This document shows positions 52,975 through 64,000 of a stretch of 64,000 bases of DNA, piece by piece. Source of the stretch: Octopus sinensis (lineage: Eukaryota); the NCBI RefSeq assembly GCF_006345805.1, contig NC_043000.1, forward strand, positions 84,754,001-84,818,000, given 5' to 3'. The translations under genes were made by a program, and so were the position numbers. The notes under the pieces were generated by a model, which was not told the origin of the DNA, made no database searches, and was given only the letters and a program-made list of their open reading frames with translations. Position 1 is the first letter of the stretch. Each line of letters opens with the position of its first letter.

Positions 52975-53529
52975 TATATATGAGAGAGAGGGAGAGTGAG
53001 AATGAGAGAGAGAGGGAGGGAGAGAGAGAATTAAAGATAAATACAAATGTTTATTTCCTCCGCGCGTTTCCTCATTATAGTTTCTTGAAGCCCTGCAATA
53101 GGTATTTCAAGTGGATTTGGATGCTTAATCACAATGGACCATCAGGGAGCACTTTATACATATCTATAATTTAATGCAATAAAGTGTTCTCTGATTTTCT
53201 GTTGTTATTGAACGTCCAAATGTACATGAAATGCCTATTGAATGACACCAAACTGCCATAATGATGAAACGCGCATAGGAACTATAATATAAACTTATGT
53301 TTATCATTATTTTCCCTAGTAATACAAATTAGTATAGAAGTAACTTAACAACTATAGAGGAGGCAGACTGGATTGATGACAATCTACCTGGAGATCTACA
53401 GTGGTCTTTTCCCCTCGACTGATTTTAATAGCTATTTTTACCACAAAGCTTTCACGACGCAAATTTCTTTAATCACAAGTAAGAAAAAGTGAAGTTGGAA
53501 ACACTCTACACACACCTAACTCAAGTAAT

Positions 53530-53902
53530 ATTGGTTTCAAATTTTGGCACAAGACCTGCACTTTCGGGAAAGGAGCAAGTTCATTACATCGATCTCAACA
53601 AGTACTTGCTTTATCGAACCCGAAAGAATAAAATGTAAAATCCACCTCGGTGGTATTTGAACTCAGAACATAAAGACAGACGAAATACCTATTTCTTTAC
53701 GACCCACAAGGGGCTACACACAGAGGGGACAAACAAGGACAGACAAACGGATTAAGTTGATTATATCGTCCCAGTGCGCACCTGGTACTTATTTAATAGG
53801 CCTCGAAAGGATGAAAGGCAAAGTCGACCTCGGCGGAATTTGAACTCAGAACGTAGCATTTCGCCCGGCGTGCTAACGTTTCCGCCAGCTCGCCGCCTTC
53901 CT
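53530..53902 (-). mobile_element. SINE family B dimer (T1 internal, T2 terminal)
   Basis: Head revcomp CCAGCTCGCCGCCTT at about 53885-53899; two cores. Confidence 0.9.
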
Positions 53903-53972
53903 AACTCTAATAATATTAAGATGCAAATGTTTAGAAACTAAATCTAGTACCACATGTTAACAACCTAAATAA

Positions 53973-53977
<5 letters not shown>

Positions 53978-54032
<55 letters not shown>

Positions 54033-54150
54033 TCTCTCTCTCTCCCTTTCTCTTCTCTCTCTCTCTCCTCTCTCTTTCTCTCCTCTCTCTCTCTTTCTCT
54101 TTCTCTTCTCTTTCTCTCTCCTCTCTTTCACTCTCTCTCTCTCCTCTCTC

Positions 54151-54200
<50 letters not shown>

Positions 54201-54250
54201 TCTCTCTCTCTCTTCTCCTCTCTCTCTCTCTCCCTCTCTCTTTCTTTTTC
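53978..54250 (+). repeat. ~270-bp polypyrimidine (CT)-rich tract
   Basis: Direct reading. Confidence 0.95.
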
Positions 54251-54430
54251 TGAATAGTGACTTAATAGATAACTCACCTTGACTGATGAAAACGCCGCAT
54301 CACAGCATGAAAGAGAAAAATATAAATATTTGCTCTTCGCAGTTAAGTTTCAAGAGGGGTGGCGATTAATTAGATAAATTTTTGCATGGCATCAGAAATT
54401 CTCTTTCAATATTTGCCCTTCATATTATTA

Positions 54431-54580
54431 TGGGAACGTGTGGCCTATTGAATAGGAGTGTTGGACTTATGATCGTGAGGTCGTGGTTTCAATTCATGGA
54501 CCTGGTGATGCGTTGTGTTCTTGAGTGAAGCACTTCATTTTACATCGTTCCAGTCCAATCAGCTGGTAAAAATGAGTAAT
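54431..54580 (+). mobile_element. SINE family C, 5' part
   Basis: Homologous to 55333-55480 (GCGTTGTGTTCTTGAG..CACTTCATTTTAC..AAAATGAGTAA). Confidence 0.75.
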
Positions 54581-54689
54581 TTTTTCTTACTCTTTAAGCA
54601 ATTTGCTTGGAGATCATGCTCACCTACAGGTGAAACTTGGTAGCAACAGACTCAACTCAAATAAAACGTATTATTAATCTTGGCAATTT

Positions 54690-55310
54690 AAGGCGGCGAG
54701 CTGGCAAAAACGTTAGCACGCCGGGCGAAGTACTTAGCGGTATTTCGTCTGCCTTTACGTTCTGAGTTCAAATTCCACATAGGTCGACTTTGCCTTTCAT
54801 CCTTTCGGGGTCGATAAATTAAGTACCAGTTACGCACTGGAGTCGATATAATCGACTTAATCCGTTTGTCTGTCCTTGTTTGTCTTCTCTGTGTTTAGCC
54901 CCTTGTGGGTAGTAAAGAAATAGGTATTTCGTCTGCCGTTACGTTCTAAGTTCAAATTCCGCCGAGGTCGAATTTGCCTTTCATCCTTTCGGGGTCGATA
55001 AATTAAGTACCAGTTACGCACTGGGGTCGATGTAATCGATTTAATCTCTTTGTCTGTCCTTGTTTGTCCCCTCTATGTTTAGCCCTTTGTGGGCAATAAA
55101 GAAATAAGAATCGTTATCATGTCGGGAGAAATACTTAGCGGCATTTCATCCGTTTTCACGTTCTGAATTCAAATTCAACCGAGGTCGACTTTACCTTTCA
55201 TCCTTTCCGGGTCGATAAATTAAGTACCAGTGAAACATTGGGGTCGATGTTATCGACTAATCTCCTCCCCGAAAACTTCAGGCTTTATGCCAATTGTTGA
55301 AAGGATTATT
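54690..55310 (+). mobile_element. SINE family B trimer (T1, T1, T2)
   Basis: Three GGTCGA(C/A)TTT(G/A)CCTTTCATCCTTT cores. Confidence 0.93.
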
Positions 55311-55332
55311 TATCCCTACTATGATACTGAGT

Positions 55333-55593
55333 GTGGAGGCGCGTGGCTTAGTGGTTAGGTGTCAGCATCATGATCGTAAGATTGTGGTTTCGATTCCTAG
55401 CCCGGGTGACGCGTTGTGTTCTTGAGCAAAACACTTCATTTTACGTTGCTCCAGTCTACTCTGCTAGCAAAAATGAGTAACGCTGCGACGGACTGGCGTC
55501 CCGTCCAGCTGAGGAACATATACACCATAGAAACCAGGAAACCGGGCCCATGAGCCTGGTTAGACTATAAAAGGGCGCATTTATTTATTTATT
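55333..55593 (+). mobile_element. tRNA-derived SINE family C (V-domain-like), full length with 13-bp TSD
   Basis: A-box GTGGCTTAGTGG, B-box GTTTCGATTCC, GACGGACTGGCGTCCCGTCCAG, (ATTT)n tail; TSD TATGATACTGAGT at 55320-32 and 55594-606. Confidence 0.88.
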
Positions 55594-55648
55594 TATGATA
55601 CTGAGTACGCTTTATATATTTTTTTCTGACCGTCAGCATTGATTGGAT

Positions 55649-55687
<39 letters not shown>

Positions 55688-55718
55688 CAAACATACATAC
55701 ATACATATTATACACACG

Positions 55719-55754
<36 letters not shown>

Positions 55755-56275
55755 AGCAAATATATGTGAGTGTTTACACTCGAAGTAAGATGTTACTATT
55801 TTGAAGTGAATATTTTTTTTATTGATAATATTAACAGCAGTAACATATACGGTTCAACAGGTCCAATAGCATTATACAGCTAAAAAATCTTAAGTTAGCA
55901 CAAGGCATGAGGATGCGGAAAAGCATCAACCTGTTTAGACATAGGAGCTAAACTCCTAATACAACCACCAGAAGGCACAAAATAACAGAAAAACCAGAGT
56001 AGGCAAGGAAACGGCTAAAGAATTAAGGCATTAAAAAAGCATACCTTTAATGAATATGCCATTCCGATATCTATATACTATGGACTGGGGTTCTGGCCCG
56101 AAGGGCCTCAACCTTCTTCAGAATGAGTCACTGGTATAAACCTAGTAGTGTTATGGCTTGTTTTGCGCCAAGCCAGTTCACTTGGTGCAAAATATATAAG
56201 CAAAAACATTCGAATGTTTACACTCGAAGTATGATGTCACTATTGTTAATATCATCTGCAGGGAATATTTTTAAT

Positions 56276-56415
<140 letters not shown>

Positions 56416-56454
56416 GTATGTATATATGTACGTGTGTATTTGTGTGTATAATCA

Positions 56455-56650
56455 TTAGCACGCCGGGCGAAATGCTTAGCTGTATTTCATCTCTCTGTAC
56501 ATTCTGAGTTCAAATCCTGGCATGGTCGACTTTTCCTTTCATCCTTTCCGGGTCGATAAAGTACCAGTTGAGTACTGGGGGTTGATGTAATCGACTAATC
56601 CTCCCTCCCGAAATTCAAGGCATTGTGCCATTAGTAGAAATGATGGTTAT
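56455..56650 (+). mobile_element. SINE family B (tail T2 running into (TTA)n)
   Basis: TTAGCACGCCGGGCGAAATGCTTAGC..GTCGACTTTTCCTTTCATCC..TTGTGCCATTAGTAGAAA. Confidence 0.85.
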
Positions 56651-56659
56651 TATTATTAT

Positions 56660-56701
56660 GTTTTTTCCCTCTTTCTTCAAATTTTCTTCCGTTTCTCGCC
56701 G

Positions 56702-56736
<35 letters not shown>

Positions 56737-57350
56737 GTTTTTTTCCTTCTTTCTTCAAACTTTCTTCCGTTTCTCGCCGAGTGTTTTCCATACACCTAGG
56801 GCAGAGAAGGATATTGTATGCATTCCCAGATTACACGCGCAAATTCACAGATAAAATATGTATTTAAAAATTAATAAATAAATAAATTCATGGATGGATG
56901 TTATTTTCACAACGATAGTGCTCTTCTCAGTACATGAGCCGTTCCAGTTAATACGATTTTTTGCACTTCCTGTAGGGATGGTAAGCCTGGAATCATTTTC
57001 AAATAGGTTTCAGTACCTTTTTTTATCATTCCTAGAGATCCTACAATCACTGGTACTGTAGTCGTCTTGAGATGCCACATTTTTTCAATTTCCATTAGCA
57101 GGTCTTTATATTTACTAATCTTGTCAAATTCTTTTGCCGCTATATTGTGATCACAGGGAATACTCATGTCAATTAATAAACACGTTCTTTTTGTCTGATC
57201 TTTTATAATGATATCCGGTTTATTGGCTTTTATAGTCCTGTTGGTCTGCATGGGGAAGTCCCATAGAATCGACACATTTTCTCCTTCAGTCACAGCTTCA
57301 GGATGATGTTTATACCATTTGTCAGCGGTTTTGATTTTATAATGCCGACA
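56660..57350 (-). mobile_element. R4/Dong-type non-LTR retrotransposon 3' end (restriction-like endonuclease) in a (TAA)n context
   Basis: ORF 56907-57293 plus upstream: WYKHHP..ILWDF..T..ANKPDII..LIDMSIP.D.NI..KE..KISKYKDL..EI..W..PVIVGSLG; TAA arrays on both sides. Confidence 0.85.
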
Positions 57351-57382
57351 TATATATATATCGACAAATATATATATATATA

Positions 57383-57420
<38 letters not shown>

Positions 57421-57813
57421 TATTATTATTACTGTTGTTGTTGCTGTTGTTGTTGTCGTTGTAGTTATTATTTTTAGCAAGTGATTAACGGCGACGCACG
57501 AAACTCTCAGATTTTACGTCACTCAGTAGCTTTTGCCATTTCTTTCTTCCATAGGTAGAACGCCCGAAATTTTGGCGTATTGCACTGATATTTATTTCAT
57601 CGTCCGGAAGTGATGTAAAGTAGAGTCGACCTACTTTGCCAACCGATTATTAATAAGAATATATATGCATATGCTCAGGTATTGAGTATTTTCCTGTTTG
57701 CACCTCCAAACCTATTTATTTATATGTATATTTCTATGGGTGTGTCTGTAAGTGTTTCCATCTACCTACATGATTACCTCCCAATCTTTCTACCTACTAA
57801 TCTATCTCTTTAC

Positions 57814-57862
<49 letters not shown>

Positions 57863-57991
57863 TCTTTATATATATATAAATATATTCCACTTCAGGTACA
57901 TCCTTCGACATTGCTCTTCAGTATGAAATATGAGTTATTTCTGTTGAGAGATATGCACACACTCACATTCTCGTACGCACACGAACATTTG

Positions 57992-58051
<60 letters not shown>

Positions 58052-58252
58052 CATATGTATGTATGTATCGATATATATATATATTGTATGTATGTATGCA
58101 TGTACGTATATGTATGCATGTACGTATATGCATGCATGTATGAATATGTATTTATGTATGTATGTATGTATGTGTGTATGTATGTATGTATGTATGCATG
58201 CATGTATGTATGTATGTATGTACGTATGCATGTATGTGTGTGTGCATGTATG

Positions 58253-58286
<34 letters not shown>

Positions 58287-58613
58287 TGTATGTATGTATG
58301 TATGTATGTATGTATGTATGTATGTATGCATGTATGTATGTATGTATATTCTTTGAAGCGGAGATGAAGTTCATAGCATATTTGACATAAGAGAAAACGC
58401 AATGGCGGAAATGAGTTTCTGTAAGGAGAATTTCCTTGAGAAAGTTGACTCTGGAACAGATGCATTAAAACATTGATTCTTTCTCAACTTGAGAATCGTC
58501 TGCCTTCATTCATTCACATAACGCTTTTGTAAAACCGATGGAGCAGGCAATCATTGATGTGAAGGTTACTCTCACTTAAATACCACATGAGAGAATCTTT
58601 TTGTAAGTGCATA

Positions 58614-58666
<53 letters not shown>

Positions 58667-58992
58667 CATACATATATATATATACATATATATACATACA
58701 TATATATGTGTGTGCGCCTATGTATCTATCTATATATATATATGTATATATAAGACGCACACAGAAACATCCATGTATGAAGGTGTATCAATGTGCTTCA
58801 CCAAATAACTTGACGCACGCATACGGACCCACACAAACACATACGCACATGCCCATACACATACCACACACACGCGTACACACACAAACATAGGTGCATC
58901 AGTGCTTAAATATGTGTATATTCTTATGGGTTTCTGTGTGAATGAGTTTAAATTAATGGAAAATGAAATTACTGTTGTTGTTATTATTATTA

Positions 58993-59030
<38 letters not shown>

Positions 59031-59033
59031 ATT

Positions 59034-59071
<38 letters not shown>

Positions 59072-59626
59072 TATTATTATTATTATCATTATTATTATTA
59101 TTATTATTATACACTCGTCACGAAGGCAATTTTTCTATTTTTGAGGTGGTAAGGCATATATTAGTGTTTTTCTCTTCGTCGTGTTGATTAATTCACTGGG
59201 AGGGAGCAACTTCACATTTTCACCAGGCTTTTGTAGTAAACTGATATTTTTTTTATATCGTCCTCACTCACAAAATTATCTCTAGATTTTTTCCTGTTGT
59301 GTAACCTCGCTAAACATTTTATCGTCTGCCTTTGTAGCGAGCGCGTGGGACGCCTCTATATTTTTACCGCTCTCCTCCCTCATACTCCTCTCTATGCCTT
59401 GAAACAAAATTTCAAAGTTTTCCTCGGACGCGGGAGAAATTTGTGACAAATTCATGTTTTTAGCTGTTTCCTCTTTGAAACAAGGGGGAAAGGACAGCAA
59501 AATCCTGCTGTAACAGCAGAAAAGAAGTGGTCTCCACGACCAAAACGGTAAATTTTCACCTTCAGCACAAAAACATTCTTTCACAGTGGAGCAAAGAATA
59601 ACACGACCGGAAAACAATTCCAGTCA

Positions 59627-61290
59627 ATTTCTTTATTAAGCATGAGGTTGAGAAAAAGAGGGGAAGATACGAGGACAGACAAAGCAAACATTGGGGTCAG
59701 GGTATCGAATGAGACGAAACGTATGGATAAACAAACAATTAAAATATATACAATTAAATGAGAATGAGTGATTTACAAAAAATTAAGCGGAGGACGCGGT
59801 TGGCCCCACAAACCACATACTCACACTGAATACTTTGCTTTCTCCTTTTTATATTCTCGTTTAGACAGGTTCTTTCACTCGCAACATACTTGCTATAGAC
59901 TTCCATCTTTTACGAAACACACTTTGTGACAGGCATTTCTTCTCCAGCTTTATTTTCCGTTTCATGTGGAAAACGAAAAAGTTGATTAACTCGAGACTGG
60001 AGATGAACATGCCTGTTGCAATTCCTTTCACTCTCGTCTTACATACTACCTCTTTCTCAACAGCAACCAGCGAGAGAAAATAGGCTCGCTCCTCCCTATT
60101 CAGGAAGGTCGGTGGAATGTTTTTAATTACTGATTCATTCAACAGTTATACTCTTTTCGAATGCGACAGCAGGTGTTCAACATAAGCCCATAGCTCAGTC
60201 ACCTTGGCGCATCTTGCACAAATCGGCGAAGGCGCACACCCATGTCTAAAGAGCATATCTCGAACCGGTAAAGCTCCTCTGTAATATTGCCAGGCCAGGG
60301 ACTTTTGGTAATTATCAATAGGCCCCGGCCTGAATGTTCTTCGGAACAGGTTGGCCAGTTGATCTTCGTCGAAGCCTAGGGTTTCTCCCAAGACGTCGTT
60401 ACACTTAAACTCTACTAACCCTCTATAGAAGAACGAGGTAGTACACCCGCCACCGGAGTTGCCCGACTGGGAGAGAAGTACGAGTGCCTGATGGCACTCT
60501 GCATACCACACGCCCAACCTCGGTTTACACTTCATCCATGGGTTCAGTTTGGTAAACGATGTGAACTGTGGAAATAGCAGCTTGACGAACGGAGACCACA
60601 CCTGCTCACCGTCAAGTTAAAGCCAGAGGTACCTAAGCCTGAGCGCATGTCTGCGCATTTTTACCCCCACGGCATCCCTAGCCCACCCTTCAGCGGCTTT
60701 TGGCAGCAGATAGAGGTCTGCTGCCCCCTCCACAAAAAACGAAAGAGCATGCGTTCCAGCTTGTTCAGCCACGAATCGGGGCAAGGCACGACGGTCAGGC
60801 GGTAAGTGATTACAGAGGCGATAAACACCTCTGCAACCTCCGCCTTCCCTTTCAAGGACAGCCTCCGCTCAGACCATGTCTGAGTTAGGAGAACTACCTT
60901 ACTCGCCACTTCACTCCAATTCTTCTCTATCTGGAAATCAGGACCTAACCAGACTCCAAGCATCTTCACCGGCCCTTCCGTCCAACTTCCCACGACGCTG
61001 TCGGAAGGCATCGACCTGCCCCTCCAGGTGCCGAGCTGCAAGCCGACCGATTTATCCCGGTTGATTTTCGCTCTTGCCACCGCTTCGTAATCCCTTAAGG
61101 CCCCACCTACCCACTGTACCCTAGATCTTGCGGAGCGCCCCTCATAGCTTCCAACTTCCTCAGCAATGGCTCGAGGGCCAAAACGTAGAGAAACGGGGAG
61201 AGAGGGCACGCTTGACGTACCGATCGCTCAATGCAGAACGGCTCCGAAAAGAAACTGTTCACTCGAACTACCGATTCGATGTTGCTGTCA
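59627..61290 (-). mobile_element. 5'-truncated L1/Tx1-type LINE (copy 2), internal deletion removing YADD
   Basis: VRVNSFFSEPF.IERSVRQACPLSPFLYVLALEPLL joined to LRDYEAVARAKINRDKS; RLSLKGKAEVA; 3' AATAAAGAAAT. Confidence 0.9.
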
Positions 61291-61311
61291 GTGAGAAAGC
61301 AACAGGTAGGA

Positions 61312-61387
<76 letters not shown>

Positions 61388-61659
61388 GAGGTGAAAACTT
61401 CGTTGCAGACTATTTGACACTTACTGTCTGCCTTGCTGCCTCTCTAGGTATGTGTTTGTCTAGTGTGCATGTATATGTATGTTTATATGTATATGATTGT
61501 GCGCTGGATCTCTCTCGGATTACCAGCAAACGACAAAATCGCACCAGCCAGCATCACCACCACCAAGCCCATCATGTATGTATGTATGTATGTATGTATG
61601 TATGTATGTATGTATGTACGTACGTATGTATGTGTGTGTGAGTGTGTTTGTGTTTGTCT

Positions 61660-61845
61660 CACCACCACTATTGCTTCACACCGATGTTGGCGCGTTAGCG
61701 TCTCTGTAATTTAGCTGCTCAGCAGAAGAGACTGATAGAATAAGCACCAGGCTTACAGGGAATAAGTCCATGGATCAATTTCTTCGACTAAAGGGTGGTG
61801 CTCTAGCATGGCCACCGTCAAATGACTGAAACAAGTAAAAGAATA
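61660..61845 (+). mobile_element. SINE family A, 3' half
   Basis: GATAGAATAAGCACCAGG..GTGGTGCTCTAGCATGGCCACCGTCAAATGACTGAAACAAGTAAAAG. Confidence 0.85.
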
Positions 61846-62236
61846 CCAGAAAAACGTTCCGTACCACTAAACCAAGAAAGTTCTTTGAATATGTACGATG
61901 TATTTTAAGGCTAAATAGCTATTCTGTTTACGTTTGTGTAACTGAGATATTTTGGTTGATTAGTCATAGGTGTTACATTACTTTCTATATTCTGTAACTG
62001 TCACAATATACTTTTCTAGGCCTGTACTTAATTTATCAAGCCCCAAGGGACGAAAGGCAAAGTCAACCTCGGCAGAATTTGAACTCAGAACGTAAAGACA
62101 GACGGTCGTAATATACAATTATTTCTCATGGCACCAGTACACAGTTTATAGATGCTTACATTTTCAATGCTTTCCATGAATTTTTACGTGAGTTCAGCTA
62201 GTTATTATTATTACTTTAAGTGTCAGAAAAAAGAAT

Positions 62237-62406
<170 letters not shown>

Positions 62407-64000
62407 CTGAGAAGGAAGGGAAGAAAAAGATTAACGTAAAAGAAATTAAGTGAAGGTAGAAAAAAAGAGAGATGGCGAGAATAGAGAGAAGTCGTGTGTG
62501 TGTGTTAATTCCTATAGCTGTCTGTACCTTTGTGACCTCATTTGAATATTTCTTCACGAAATCTTTCCTTCCTCTTGTCATAAAGTTGTTTCACCTGAGC
62601 ACGTCAACGTCAGTATATGACTACATATGATGTAGGAGCAATGTACATTTGACAAAAATCAGTGATGTGAAGAAATATATATGAAGTAAGAAAATGGGTC
62701 TCCGTTGGTTTCGAGGAAGCGTATTCAGCTGTTTGCTCAACTGAACTAACTTCTCATTCAGTTAACACATAAGTGATTGGGTATTTCACAGACATGTACA
62801 GCATTAACATAATGCTAAACTAACATGAGCGTGTCTCCTTGGCATAGCTGGAAATACCGGTATAATCCGTCTGGCGAGCTTCGAAACTGCTTTCGTCCAC
62901 TCATTTGACTACAAGGTATGAAGAGATGGCAAGATTCTAGTAAATTATACCTGCACAAGATGCCATACAGTGGAATAGAACTCAAGTCCTATTGATTTCA
63001 AAGCGAACCTCTTAGCCATTCGACCATAGCGTACTCATGCATAAATACACAAATACATGCATAAACACACTCACCCAAACTCATGCTCACACCCAGAATG
63101 GGAAATCTACTAGTTCCCTCCTTGCTAAAATGTTTTAGTAAGGAGTTAAGTAAGGGGAAAACCGTATGAAACAGTGTAAAAGAGCCGCTATGGTATGACC
63201 AGGATTTAGTATGTTGTTCAGTTGTTATCAGAGAATTAACTGAAATCAAGTATTCTTTTGGATCAACAAATAATAACCTTTGACAGCATTTCTGAACCTA
63301 AGGTCTGTCAATCAGGGCTGTCTTAAAACATGTGCACACTGAGCAGTTGCCCAGAGGCCTCACAGGTCTAAGAAGCCCAATTCTAATTCATGTATAATGT
63401 TGCTTGATATCAATAAAAAATAATCTAGAACCCACTGAACTGATTTGCCCGAGAGCCTATAAAACTGATAAGACGGATAGTGCTGCCCAGTGGATTCAAA
63501 TAGGTAGCACTAGGAGTCCAAGGATTGTGTTCAAAATTTCAAAAGGCAGTACTGTAAAATGTTGAGTCACTTAGAAATGTACACTTAAGATGAACTGCGA
63601 AGACAATTTTATTGTTAGTTAATAAAATTAAATATTGAGTAGAGAGATCAAACGTCCGCGAGAACGCCTACATGTACTGTCAGAAAATATATTTGGAGGA
63701 TCACGGTGAGAACACCTTTGGTTATAGGGCTTCTCAATCAAGGTTTTCAAAAAAATAAATCAGGTAATATAACTTTGTGGAAGACGGGCGCGAAAGTGTC
63801 CTTAACGGCCGAGCGTTTGATACTGAACGATTATAAGACGTGACCATTTAACTTGAAAACCGAATAGATGTCACGGTACATTTTAGTGATTCAGCCACTA
63901 AAGGTGGGACCAAGTCCGACTGCTCTTAGGCCAGCTGCCATATAACGATGATCGACCTGTCGAAAGCTTTAGACTTATCCAAATTGACCAGCATTTAACC

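Noticed and set aside
53234-53279. CCTA-TTGAATGA...GAAACGCGCA-TAGG hammerhead-like pattern
   Set aside because: Core has an insertion, no convincing stem II, and the cleavage triplet is not NUH.
54292-54325. CTGATGA...GAAA spacing like a hammerhead
   Set aside because: No supporting helices.

Overview
AT-rich eukaryotic DNA saturated with microsatellites and transposable elements. The SINE families and repeat landscape point to an octopod cephalopod (inference, not verified). No complete host gene, rRNA, tRNA gene or CRISPR array can be supported, and most ORFs in the supplied track are translations of microsatellites. Supported content: (i) three Penelope-like element (PLE) remnants with GIY-YIG endonuclease sequence; (ii) about seven minimal hammerhead-ribozyme-like motifs in several core variants (U3-A8 covariant, CUGUNGA, long stem II, canonical); (iii) non-LTR retrotransposon fragments: two CR1-type, RTE-type, two L1/Tx1-type and one R4/Dong-type with a restriction-like endonuclease; (iv) DNA transposons: a decayed full-length Tc1, a hAT with a perfect 8-bp TSD, a mariner fold-back, a TA-flanked MITE and two non-autonomous Helitrons; (v) many copies of three tRNA-derived SINE families. 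Most notable observations: a 57-nt SINE 3' tail colinear with the 3' end of a Tx1/L1-type LINE in the same window, the hammerhead core variants, a 1.3-kb SINE-unique-SINE block between ~48-bp direct repeats, and a perfect 24-bp hairpin. Coordinates of decayed repeats are approximate (tens of bp).
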